Origin: Amoebophrya sp. A120
Taxonomy: Eukaryota > Protista > Dinoflagellata
Direction of reading: 5' to 3'
Length of the DNA: 64,000 nt
NCBI GenBank assembly: GCA_905178155.1
Contig: CAJINV010000001.1
Coordinates: 10,844,311 to 10,908,310 of the forward strand
In this document: positions 12,801 through 25,500 of the stretch, piece after piece
How the letters are laid out: every line of letters begins with the position of its first letter
Numbering within the stretch: position 1 is the first letter of the stretch
Position numbers and translations under genes: made by a program
The notes under the pieces: model-generated
What the model saw: only the letters and a program-made list of their open reading frames with translations
What the model was told of the DNA's origin: nothing
Databases searched by the model: none

Positions 12801-15800
12801 GTCCGTTGCCAAGTTGCAGTTTGATGTCATCTCGGATGCGAGCGCATCTGCCTGCAGTAGCGCTCTTGCGGACGGCCAGTTTACACTTAGCGAGGGGTTG
12901 TCGTGGTTGAACAAAAGCGCGGGAACAACCGATGTAGGCGAGAACGAAGTGCGGTTTCTCTATCCCACTGATTCTCGGCGACCGAAAACTGTTGAAGCAC
13001 ACTCACAACCTTCGCACCCTGACGAATTGCGCCTCGTGGATCCTCCCCCCGAGGTGAAGATGGAATATCAAGAAATTTGGCAGCACTTTGAAGATTCGCT
13101 CAGGAAAAGCTACGATCTTGCTCACGGCGAGGGAGATGGAATAGGCACGTTACAGCTCGCGACAGGTGACGAAGGTGAATTGGTGTGCCAGCTGCGCGAG
13201 CACGGAAAGCGCACCTCTGCAGTGCTGTCAGGGTTGAGGAACACGATTCGAAGCATGACTGAAGACGCGTCGCCCGCAGGTGCGCGAATTTCCGCTGTCG
13301 GTTTGACGCTGAACTTGACGCCCGCAAAGATCATCCGGTGGCTGCTCAAGGTCCAGCTTGATGCGATATCAGGGAACAATCTACAACGGGACCAGCATGC
13401 GCTTGCTAAAATACTAGTGAAATATGCAGAAGCGATGCGTTCTCTGCAACGCACTCGTCGCTGTCTGCGCTTGTTGCAGAAAGGTAAGAATCGAAGCCAT
13501 CTTTTTTTTACAGCGCCATGTACATGATGCTGTGCGCCGACCTTTATGTCACAAACGAGGCGGACTTGCACTCGCAAGAGCAACACCGTTTCAGCTATGG
13601 TCTCTCTACCTCAATATCTAGCAACATATGGTGCAGCCATGACCCACTTTTCGACTTCATGTGTATAATTTTTGAAACTCGTCTGTCAGGTTGGACGGCC
13701 CACTTGCTACGAGAGTTGGAGAATCCTGGAGGTCATGGCTGGAGCCCTGCAGAGTACCCTGAATTTTTGGCGTTTGAAGTGGACAACGATTTGTGCATTC
13801 GCGAGAACCAAGCAGCAGTAGCGTTCCACATGCTTGAGAGTCCCGCTGGAAACACCCTCACGCAGCTGAACATGGGCGAGGGCAAGTCCGCTGTGATTAT
13901 GCCAATCATTCTCGCAGTGGCTGCGCGTCCGCAGAGTCAGAACATCGTCCGCGCCACGGTTTTGCATTCACTGTATGCAACGAACGCGGCTGCGTGGCAA
14001 AACGCTCTCGGTGGAGTTCTGGGTCGCCGGGTACATGGCCTCTATTGTCGCCGGGATCTGCCACTAGATGCAGCTGAAGCGAAGGCGCTCCGCTCCTTGT
14101 TGTTGCAAGTTCACAAGAGGGGCGACGTTGTCGTCACTGTGCCCGAGCACCGACTCTCCTTGGAAAACAAAGCCATTGAATTGGGCTCCGAAGAGAGCAT
14201 TCATCACGACCCAGATGCCGCGGAGAAGCTGTTGGACGTGGTGGACTTGCTTGCGAAGCATGGTCGCGAATTTTTGGACGAGAGCGACGAGATTTTGTCG
14301 CCGAAGTATCAGCTCATTTACACTCTAGGTGCCTCGGCGGAGGTCGACGGCGGAGCTTTGCGGTGGGCCGTGCACTCAGCAATCATCCGGAGCGTCGGAC
14401 GTCACGCGAAGAGTTTGCAGGAAAAGTATGGGAAGGACACCGTGGAGATTCTACATCCCTCCGCGGATCCGCGACGGCAGTTTCCGGGCGTTCGCTTACT
14501 CGATGGCAAAAATCTAGAGGCTGCTTACCAGGATCTGTGTGCCCTGGTTGCGGGCGATATTCGCAGCGGTGCCGCCGGCATAGCGCTGCAGCTGACACCC
14601 TCGGAAGAGCAGGTTTGGTCGCAGTGTGCAAGGAATGAGTCTTACAACCGTTCGGAATTCGGTGCGAGGCTTCCCGACACGGCGCAGAAAATCGCGCTCT
14701 GCCTTCGGGGATTACTGAAACAGGACGTGCTGAAGATAGTGCTTCGCAAACGTTGGCGCGTGGATTTTGGGGCGCACCCAACGCGGGAGGCCTATGACCT
14801 CGCTGTGCCTTTTCGGGCAAAAGACGTAGCTGCGGAACGCACAGAGTTCGGTTTCGCTGACATGCTCCTGTCACTCACTTACATACAGTACTACTTGGGC
14901 GGGTTGACAGCGGCGCAGCTGGAGAGTGTTTTCCGAGCCCTCCAGAGGCTCAGCGAGAGCGAAGCCAAAGCGATCTACCGGCGCTGGATGGAAAGTGTGC
15001 CCGCGACGGAAAAGGACGGCTTCGCGGAATTCAACGGCGTCAACTTGGAGGACTCCTTCACCTTCGAAGAGCGGATCTGGCCCACCCTTCGTTACCACAC
15101 TGGGGTTGTGGATTTTTGGTTGCAGCGACTCATCCTACCAGTGCAGGCGAAGCAATTTCCGAAAAAGCTGCTGTCAAATGCGGCGGATTTGTGCCGGGAC
15201 TCGACACTGCTGGCCGAGTGGAAGGCGGTGACGACCGGCTTCTCGGGTACGGACGATTTGAGCCTTGTTTTGCCGGAAACGGTGCGACAGCAGAACTTGC
15301 GGACTCTGGAAATGACGAATGGCATTCAGCTGCGAAATCTGCTGCGTCCAGAGAACAACGAGTACATCTGTCCAGATACCGACGCAGGTCTGTGCGAAGA
15401 GTCCGGCGCTTCTGCAACCGCAGCCAACTCGACGCTCGTACTGCTGGCGTATTTGAAGCGGAGAAAGGATATCAGTGTGGTGCTTGACGCTGGCGGGTTG
15501 ATCCTCCACTACAAGGACAATGAAGCATTCGCGCGCGCCTGGCTGGCTGAACGTGATCGCGACACGGAGGCCGTGGTGTTCTTTCGGGGTGACAAGACGT
15601 ATGTTGTTCGCCAGCGCGCACCCTCGCACGCAAGACCTGTTCCTCTGTCTTCCACTCCTTACGCCGAGGATTTGAGTAAGTGCATTATCTACCTAGACGA
15701 TGTGCACACGCGCGGAAGCGACTTTCGACTACCTCTGACCACCCGCGGGCTCCTCACACTGGGGAAGGGAATGCCAAAGGACAAGCTGCTCCAGGCCTGT

Positions 15801-17351
15801 ATGCGCCTGCGGCAGCTCGGGCACGGTCAGTCGTTGACGTTTGCTGCCTCGAGAGAAGTCGACCTGGCGCTGCAGCGGCACTATTTCCCAGCCGCTTTGC
15901 GGCTTCTCGGGTCGGACTCGGAACGCGAGAAAATCAGCGGAGTTTTGAGCTGGGCGATTTCCAACACCGTGATGCAGATTTGTGACCTTTTCCCCTACCT
16001 CGTGAACCAGGCGCGTTCCTCGCTTCGTAAGGCGATCGCGTTCAAGACGAAAAAGCAGGAGGGGCCTGCGTCCCTAGCAGCAGAGGTGGTCGAAGACGAA
16101 GTGTTGCAACTGGCGGACTTGTACGGACACGACCGGGATGTCGCCACGCTCGCTGACATCGCACGGCACCAGCTCGCGCGGTTTCTCCCGGAGCCGAGGA
16201 GCCAAGTTAGCTCCAAAAGGATGTCACCTGCAAGTGGGGGCTTGACGCCCCGGACAACGGCCAGCACGCCCGAGGTGGCGTCGTCCCCTGAGGAAGACGA
16301 CGGTGCGTGTCGGCGGCTCACGCCACGGGGGAACAGCTGCGGAACAACCGTAGTGGCTGCGGCCATAGTGGCTCGCGTGGAACGCCTCGTGCCGAATGTG
16401 CGAAGACCGTGCAACATGTTTGACGAGGAGCAAGAGCGGGAATTGGAAGCCGAGCTTGAGGAAGAAACACAGGTGGAGCGGCCTCCGCCGGCATCGCCTG
16501 CTGAGGCAGAGGTGTCTCACGAATTGCGTACTTTGCTGGAAAGCCATGCGATGTCTGAATCTGCAGGCTTTCCTTCTGCTGGAGCGCTTCTGAACGATAC
16601 CAGCTTGCGGCGTACACCGCTTCGTGATTGTCTGTACCAGGGGACGTTCGATCCCTCGCTTGCCGACGTCAGGTCGATCATCAGCTCCTACTCGAAGGTC
16701 GTTTTCACGACCGACTTTCTAAGAACTGTGACAGGGTGCTCGACCGCGCACAAGGACGACTACCTGAAGCGAATTCGGTTCATCGTCCGGGTAGAGCGAG
16801 GAGCGGTGCATGGAAGCAGTCCCGAGTTTCTCGTCGTCGTCTCGAATTTCGAAGCGGAGCACTACGCTCACCTGCTCCGCTCGTCTTTGCGGGAGCCGAA
16901 TCCGAAATTCAATCTTTACGCTTTCGCGGCACTGACGCGGCTCCAGCAACCCAGGCGATGCCTCACCATGTCCGGCATCGACGTGCCTCCGCTGGTGCAT
17001 CTTCTCGCAGGTAGCATCCATGTGGATCCCGAACTCCTCGGAGAAGTTGCCGCTTACTTGGGACTAGTTCCTCGATCGCCGCCACAGGAAGGAAATACGG
17101 AGCAATGGGACTTGTTATTCTCCACGGGGCTGATCCAACGTGACGGCTTTGTCGTGCCAGGCGCGAGGAGCTCCGTTGGCGGAACCCTAGGTCTCCGAGA
17201 AAAGCTCTCCGACAGTTCTTGTCCCTTCGCCAGCAGTGTCGTCGGCTTTGTGCACCGATTCCTCGCGGATTCGCGGCATTTAGCTGAGGATTTATCAACG
17301 TCGCCGGTTGGAAAACTTCTTGGCGTGTCGGAAGTGCAGGGCTGTGACTAG
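6883..17351 (+). CDS. Giant DUF6606/DUF3638/DUF3645 P-loop protein (~3,358 aa); exons 6883-7338, 7525-13483, 13690-17351
   Basis: GT-AG introns 7339-7524 and 13484-13689 join three ORFs in frame. Motifs: KKMRDEV..HPWRRAPVWL, QLNMGEGKS (Walker A), LDESDEIL (Walker B), LAVPFRAKDVAAERTEFG (DUF3645), TGFSGT, YLDDVHTRGSD, KDKLLQACMRLRQLG, DEEQERELE. Start codon uncertain. Confidence 0.88.
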
Positions 17352-18272
17352 ATAGTTTTGATGCACGGGTAGGGGGAAAACAAAAATAAGAAAAATTTTG
17401 CGACGAGACGCCTCCTAAAGCCAAAAGCACCGAGTGCCCCCTTGTAAGACTAAACAATGTAGTCGCTTTCGCTATTGCAATTGCGGATATCTTCACGCGG
17501 CGCTGGGGTAAACTGAAAGCAAGAGAACAAAGAAATGCTGTTTCTTAGTCTGAGTCATATCATGTTTTAACATTCATGCTAGACACTTATTGCGAAGTGA
17601 AAGTGATTGTGTGAAGATGCGCTGGTCATGATAGGCCGATGATATACAACCTGCACAGATCGAGTGATCATTTTGGTCACCTCATTCGTTTCTTTCGATC
17701 TTTCAGCTCCGAGCTCGAACTCATTCCAAGGTGTACAAAGACAAGCACATTTTCCCATTCAGACTGATCAAGGTCCAGTGCAATGATATCGTCGATACCA
17801 ATCCAGAAGAACAAAGCAGAGCTTTTGTGAGTTTTCGCTTCATCTCCGATTGTGATTGTCGAGCCAGCGACAGAAAGCCGGCCGCACAGCTTCCCCGAGT
17901 CGTTTTCCTTCCTGTTGTTTTTCGAAAACTGAGAGTTTGAAGAAGCGAGACAATCGAAACCCGTCGAGGTCAAGCAGGAGTGTGGAGACATTTGGATTCG
18001 TGTTTTCCTCACCACCGTCGTGATTTCCACCGGGGTTAGGGTGACATCGTTGATCGTGGCCGCGCGACATGGTCGTGTGTGATCTTTTCTCTTTCCTACG
18101 ACTGCAGTGCAAATTTCGATTTTCGATTGAGTCTTGCTCGGAGCCGTATTTTCTTTTAGTCAGGGCGATTCCAAGAATCGATCGGACGATCGTCCGCTGA
18201 CTTGGTGAGGGTATTTTTTGTAAAGTTCTCACCGGAACAAACGAAAATTGATAAACCCTTGTCTACCGCAAT

Positions 18273-21200
18273 ATGCTTGCCTCCGCCCAAGGTTCTCACC
18301 CGCTCGAGGGCGCTGGGCTGGTTGTGGGCGCCGAGGAGGTGTCCGAGGACGATCCGGAGACGGAGGGTCTGCTGGCTGCTGTGCCCTTCGTCGTGAACTG
18401 TGGGCGAGATGGCGTGCACGGATTGGTGACCATTTTGGTAACCCCGGTTTTTTTGAACGACCTAGAAAGCGACCAAGTCGAACGGTGCATCAAAATGGGC
18501 GTGCAGCAGGTCAACAAGTGGGTAGGACCCGACGAGCACTTCGTACTGAGATTCATACACGTAGTTGCTGAAGTAGAATGTAACATGAATTGCGCAACAT
18601 CTTTGTCGTAGCTTATCGTTCTTTCCTTATTTCGTCGGTGACTAGTATCTCCATCTTCATTCTCGCGCGAAAATTATAAACCAGATCGTCATTTTCAGCA
18701 GTACCGACGTTGCGATCTTGAAGCACGCAGAGATGTCCTCGCTCACGCACCTGGTGCCACTGGGGCTACAGTCACGGGCATACGAAGTTCTCATCCTGCA
18801 CCCTGACATGGCTTGGAATCTGTTCATGAGCACGCAAATGCCGTTTCTAGACGACGCAACGAAGGGAAAAATTGTCGAATACGAATCCCTGCTGCACTTG
18901 GTCTACGATTTGCATCCGCATTCCGCCGTGCGGAGATCGGAGCTGCTGCAGAAATTTCCATTGTACAACATCATATCAAGTTTAATGTAGTTGACTTTGA
19001 CACAAAGACAAAACTATCTGATCTTGTTCGTTGCCGGCTAGTCGTTCATTTTTTTTTGAAAATTGTGTACTGCTTGACATTGAACTACCTGATTCAAAAT
19101 CAATTCATCCACCAGCTACGTCCTGCGATACGAGTCCGTGAATTTCAATTTTCCGGAAAAGCTCGGGTCCGTGTTCGGGATGCCCCTTCCCCGCTTGTGT
19201 GCGTTGACCGGACAGGTGGACCGCTTCCTCTTCCCGGATTGCACCTTTCGGGGCGTGCCGTTTGTCTTGACCACACTCGCGCGCGAGATCCTGAACAAAG
19301 GCAAAGAGCCGGGGCAACCGGCGGCTCCGCTGTCGGCGCGGGACAACCTGTTTAGTGCATCCGTGAAGGACGTGCGCGCCCTCGTCGAACGCCTCGAGGC
19401 TGGGGAAGTGCACCGCATCAGGGAGGCGCCCCTCTCGGTGCTGTGGAGCGCTCTGCGGCTGTTCCTAAATTCTCTTCCGATGCCGCTGCTCGGCTTCACG
19501 ACCTTCGATCGTATGGTTGAGGGACCACCGAGCGGAAAGGATTCGTTTTTGCTCGAAGATACTATGATGTCCGCGGGGGAAAAAACTAAAACAGCGCCTG
19601 GGAAAGTAGTAGGACCCGGAACAGGCTTGCCTGGTGAGGGGGCTGGCGCGGCTCGTCCGCGTTCCGCACGACAGTGGGGCAGCAATAAAAGTCCCGCTTT
19701 ACTAGAAGTACAAAATGCGGGTAGCCAACCGGCGACGACAGCACAGCTGCAAGCCGTGCGGAATATCGGAGACACGTACCAGCAGCTGAGCGAAGTTTCG
19801 AGCCAGATGCAACACACTTTCTTCTATCCAGAGGACAACATGGAGGACGATGTGGATGACGACCGCGACAAAAACGAGCGTGAAGATGAAAGCGGGCAGG
19901 AAGGAGCAGCTCGTGATCTTCGAAACGACAGGAGTCTGAACTATGATGCTGCGGTTGCCACGGGTGACGCAGCTTCGACGTGGTCCATGAGTGTCCACGA
20001 GGCCGAGGATTTCTGGTCGCAACTGGATTATGCCTCCGCCTCGAACACGAGCCACGAGCAGTTCGCAATCCATCCGAAATTCGAGTCCTCCCACGACCCA
20101 TCAAGGCCCTCGCGGCTCAGGAAAAATCATGCGACGGCGAATATTGAAGTACGAAAAATAAACAAGAAAACCACGTCGTCGCCAGCATCAAAATCGGAAC
20201 TGGTGAAAAATGTTGCAGCAGCTGCTGCACTGGAGCCGAGTAGAAACAACAACAAGCAGGTCGTGGAGCCACTGAGAACGCCCTCGCCATGGAACCGTAC
20301 CACCAAACGGCATATCGATGATGTTCCCGATCCTCACAGCATCCTACCACATTTGTCTTCGGAATGGGAAGATGATGAGTCCAGCTCGTGTCCTGAAGAG
20401 CAGCTTTCGTCGATAAAGCGATGTCAATATCATGGTCCCGACAACGGCAGTGACGTCGGGAGTCCCAGGACGATTCCGTGGTCGGGTGGAAGTCGTCCTG
20501 GAGGAACGACAAACAGCCTGTTCTACTACCCGGAGCGGGATCAGGAAGTAGACGCTGGGTTGCCCGCCGCCGCCGGCGTCGGCGACACGGGTACGACCAC
20601 AAATGACGGCGTTGGTACAACCGTTGAGGACCGCAACGGATGGCAGGTGAACGAAGGCGCGCGCGCGTTCGTCGCTGGTCCTCAGCAGGATGCTGCGGCT
20701 CTACGGTTTCTGCGGATGCGCGTGTTTCCGCACCTCCCGTGGTACGTACTGCACACCCTGTTTTTCCTGCTGAAGCTTTTCCAACGCGTGATTCACGTCG
20801 AAAAGAAGGAGGGGTCGTCCGCGAAGAAGCTGCTGGCGCTGATTCAGGACCGGCGGGGCTACGGCAGCACGCTGGACAAGTTGGCGGAGGTGTTTGCGGG
20901 GCTGTTGATTCGCCCGCGCGCGTACCGGACGGAACTTTGGAAGTGCCTGGTTTGCTCCGAGGCGTTGTTCAAAGTTATGGTCGAGAACGTGGACGTGCTC
21001 CTGCCCGAGTGGACGCGCTTGCCGGACCACGATGCCGCGATGGATCTGAAAGAGGAGGAGGCAGTGGAGGAAGAGGTGGAGGAGCACGACTTTCTACGAC
21101 TCAGCAAAAGCTCCTTCTCGGCACAGGAAGAAGTAGTACTGAATAAAGTAGTGGATCCACGACCACCTCCAGTTGTACAAGCGACAGCAGATGCAGCGTC

Positions 21201-22104
21201 GAGCGCCGAAACGGGGACAAAGGACCAAGGTAGAAGAGGGAGCGAGGAGACCGCGATAGATTCGGTGCATGATCGTGCTATAGTTGGCGAACGCGATGCG
21301 GAACCTGCTGCACCGGAGCGAAGCCGGGCGACAGACCGTTTCGAAACTACGGGACAAGACGGTCAGAGAGCAAACCAGCAGGTCGGAGGCTCAGCGTCGT
21401 CAGTGCAGCTTTATTCCATGGACAACGATGAAAAAGCAGCAGCTGCGGAGCAGCGGGGGAAGCGCAAATTGGCTAGACTCTCATCACAGGGATTCTCTGG
21501 GGTGGAAGCAAATCCGGCATCCACAGTTGCTGAAGTGGAAGAAAACGTCCCGGCTGCGGCTGCGGAGAATGAAGCAGCCACTGCGGACGGGATAGTAGGA
21601 CACGACCCAGTTGTAGCTGGCGTAGCGGCCGCTGCGCCGAGTGATGTCGCAGTCGCAAATGCCGCTGAAGGCCGAGTGCCGGAAAGCGTGGTGCAACGCG
21701 AAGACACTCCTGCTGCTGCTGCTGCTGCGACGCAATACTACAACGATGCTGCAACCGATTCGGTAGAGGCAAACACATTGCCGGCCAGCCGCGGATCGCG
21801 CAGCTTTGCGGTTGACGGTGCCGGAACTACGGACGAGGGCCGCGAGCCTCCAGCAGCGCGTGGGTCCTTCGGCATTCCTGCAGAGGACGATAGTACTCCT
21901 GCAACAAACGTTCACGTAGACGAGGTAGAACACGCCGCTGTTGACGAGACACAAACGGACAGAAGACAAAAGGCAAAACCAGTCGGGGTGCTGGAATCGC
22001 GACAAAGTCGCAAGATCGAGAAACAAATAGGCTTGAGCTACTTGAACCTTGGAAACAAGAACGACGGCTCTGATGGAATCTACAGACCCCGAAGACCGAG
22101 TTGA
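18273..22104 (+). CDS. CRAL-TRIO(BCH)+RhoGAP-like protein (ARHGAP1-type architecture); introns ~18561-18684 and 18963-19115
   Basis: N-terminal Sec14-like segment (VLILHPDMAWNLF..PFL..KGKIVEYESL), then RhoGAP-like motifs VFGMPL, ALRLFLNSLPMPLLGF, LPWYVLHTLFFLL and LAEVFAGLLIRP. GT-AG introns restore the frame. Confidence 0.7.
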
Positions 22105-22532
22105 TAGATGTCTCAGTTTTAGTGCGATCTTCACGCTCGTAGTTCATTTGAAGCTGCACTCAGTGTACAGAATACACGAATACAAGGAAGCGAAGATGGC
22201 GGGTTGTTCAGGAATAAATTGTAGGCATTTTAGAAAGTGGTCGTTCGATGTGTTAGCCATTCGCCAGCGTCGTTGTTGCTTTATCGCTGAGAGACGTTGG
22301 TTCTGCGGCAGGGTTTTCGACACGTGTGCCTGTGTGTGCACTGGGCTTCTCTCCTGGAGACGAGGCAGCCTGAGAGCGTGCATGCTGAAATAAAGTCGGT
22401 GAACCAGATTTATTTTCGCACCACCCACGACCCTCGGACGGAGTGCCAGAGAGGGCGACGGCGCACAGTGATTGACCTGGTGTGTCGTGGCCGGTCTCTC
22501 TCTCTTTCCCCGCGCCCACAGAATCGATAAAA

Positions 22533-25500
22533 ATGTTGTCTCGGCTGCTTGGAAAGTCCGGATCGAAGGCCCAGGTGAAACCTGTGGTCGTCGAGCAGCC
22601 TTCCGTGGGGATCAGTGCGAGCTCCGGTTCCCGCTCGAAACCGGAAATTGGGAAGTCGCCTGAAGCAGCGCAAAAGCTCAAGGACCAGATATCCGATCCC
22701 TCCTTTTCCGGCGCATCGCCCAAGACCATGACGGCGCAACAGGCCTGGACAGGTCCGTCCGACGGCGAGGCGATGCCAAGCAAGAGTGCACAAGCAGGAT
22801 CTGTGTCCCCTTCAACAGCGCACAAGCACCAGCCGCAAAACTACCCGCAGAGCAAAGCCGCTGCGAGCTCGTCGTCGTCTTCCCCGACCAACGCACAACA
22901 TCAGAGCAAAAGTCTGGGGACCACGACTCTGTTACAGCAACAGGAGGATCACGGCGGTGAGGCGTCGACGGTGAACAAGCGAAACAACAGCAACGGGCAA
23001 AGCAGCGCGGGCGGGAAGACAAGCACGACCGCCATCAGCAAAAAGGAACAGCAAGAGGTAGAGAATTCGAGTCATCCGAGCAAGATTCTGCCAACGGCGT
23101 CGACGTCGACGGCGCAGTCGTCAGTGCTGGCGGCCTACAACGCGGCGACCAGTCCCACCACGCCCCAGCTCCAGCGGCAAACCAATAGTCACATCAAGTC
23201 CCCGGGTCAACGTTCGCAGGAGTCGAAGCCCCCGTCTTCGAGTGGTGGCCCGGCGGGGCAAACAACGTCGCCGGGTACTAACAGGGAGCGCCGCTCGCGA
23301 CGGCTGTCGGACCCGCCGCCCGCTGGGGAAATGCTCGCTCGGCCCCGGACCGATCCGTGTTTGTCGACCAGCACAAACCGCAGCCATCGAACGGAGAATT
23401 CCCAAGTGCTCGCGAGCAGCGTCGAGTCTATCAGCATGGTGCACGGAGGGTCTGCGGGGGTCGACCCGCAAGCTGCGGGCAACTGGTTGGACCAGTGCGC
23501 GAGTGCGCCACAGCTCGGGAAGGGCATGTTGTTGTTTGGCGATGCTGGCATGCCGAAGAACCTGCACCAGGCCTGGGAAGGCGAAACGACCCGCTCTAGC
23601 ACGCGCTCGCCCGTGAACATGAGAGGGGTGCCCCGCGACGCCGTTCCCAAGCCCTCGGAAGTGATCCAAGAGTTACTGCAGGTGGAGGTGCTTCACGACA
23701 CGGAGTACTGCGTGACCCTCTGCTGCTGCTCCACCTTCGACCCTACGCCGCTGTACGAGGTGAAGTTCATTTCCTTATTCCCTTTTGCTTTATTTTCATA
23801 GAGCACAAGAATAACTTAACGGTTTTGGTCAAGCTTTACTGGTGGATCTTTTCGAGGCACTAAAGGACGTAACTACATTCTTGATCATCGTCAACGGGAA
23901 AAACCAGAGCGTGTAGTCTGGCTGTCTGCCTGTATCTGAGCGCATAATTTCATGTGAGATAAACGTGAACATCAATAGCGTTTCCCTGCGGTGACCTTCG
24001 TGCCAGAATTCACGACGGACGAGCACGCGGAGGCGTTGGCGAACAATTTGTTTGCGGAGGACTCGCAACTGCGGTGCTGTATCATCATTGCGTTCTTGAC
24101 TGACGAAGAAAATCCGGTCAACAATGACAGCATCCTCGTGTCCCGCTTGCTGAAGACATTTGACTGCTCCTCTTTCGTTCCGCCTATCCTTGTATATCAT
24201 CATGCTGTTGCTTTTGATCATGTAAGTATTCATCTGATTACCTTGTTGAGATGAGTCAATGACAATGTATGTCCTTGACGCTCATGGTGACCGATCATTC
24301 TCGTTTTGCTCACATGGGACGAGATGTTTTATCATATCTTTCAGGTATTGACACCGTACTTCGAAGACGGATTCGCCGGCATGAGTGAAATGGAGGCACA
24401 GCAACGCTATTCTACTGAAAAGCATTCCCACCGCAGAGTCAAAGTGTCAGCTCTGCTATACTTTTGTAGGTTGGAGGCATCCGATGCAGAACAAGTTTTG
24501 CGAGTACTATCGCGGCCTACGACATTGACATGAGTGGTTTTGATTCGCTGGCAAAGCCGCATTACAGAGCCACTTTCTTTCTAGTTGTCAGAGCATCGCC
24601 ATCGCAAATTCCTGAACGGCTGAGAGAGTTCCTTCCATGTACAGGGGCAACATCCATCGCGTCTGTCACTGCAATTACGTACCGTTTCGCATGACAAGCA
24701 TGGACTTCTGCGCGTGGACGTTTTTACGCAGGATCAGCGCTTGGTTGACCGCAGCAAAATCTTTGCTGGGTACGGGGCGGATGACTTTTTGTTTTGGAAA
24801 GTGAACAATTGGAATTCGTTGGCGACCCGCCGGAGCCGCAGCGCATCCCCCGCGGCCACGGACCAGCACCACCTCGCAACTGCGAGTAGCACTAAGACCG
24901 ATACGTCGAGAAACCGCACGGAAGGCAACAAGGAAAACGAGGCGCCAGGCACGACGAGCGGCGGGGAGAAGGAAAACCGCTCGACGTCTTCGAACTCCAA
25001 TGCGAGAGAGAACAAGGGTAAGCGAAGTACCAGAGACCACCAAATAAACGGTATCCTGCGTAAAAACGTCCCCACCCCAAAGTCAAACTGGAATCTCTGC
25101 AACACAAATCCCGAAGTTTATATTTGGTAGAAGTCACGCATGACAAGTTTCGGTGGTAGGCGGGTTTGTGGCAAGCAAAGCCGCCTCACAAAGACGCGAG
25201 CTTATCCTGTTCACAGCATAGCACGACCAGAAATGCCTCTCATGGGGATCGATTATCTGCATAAACAACTTTATTTGCTTTGATCTCTGTGAGCAGATTG
25301 ATTGGGGCGTTTTTCCTCAGGATACAAGGCGCGGATGTGGATGAAAGAGGACAAAGTGAAACGGAAAGTGCGATCCAGCAGAGCATGCGGCAAGTTCAGA
25401 CGCTACGGGAGCAGATTTTCGAGCTGCAGAGCCGGGAACTGGAACTGGACATCGAGACTTCCTTGGCCTGGATCAACCACAACTTGGAGACTATGCGGAA

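Noticed and set aside
7339-13689. Programmed frameshifts in the giant P-loop gene
   Set aside because: The frame changes are fully explained by two GT-AG introns.
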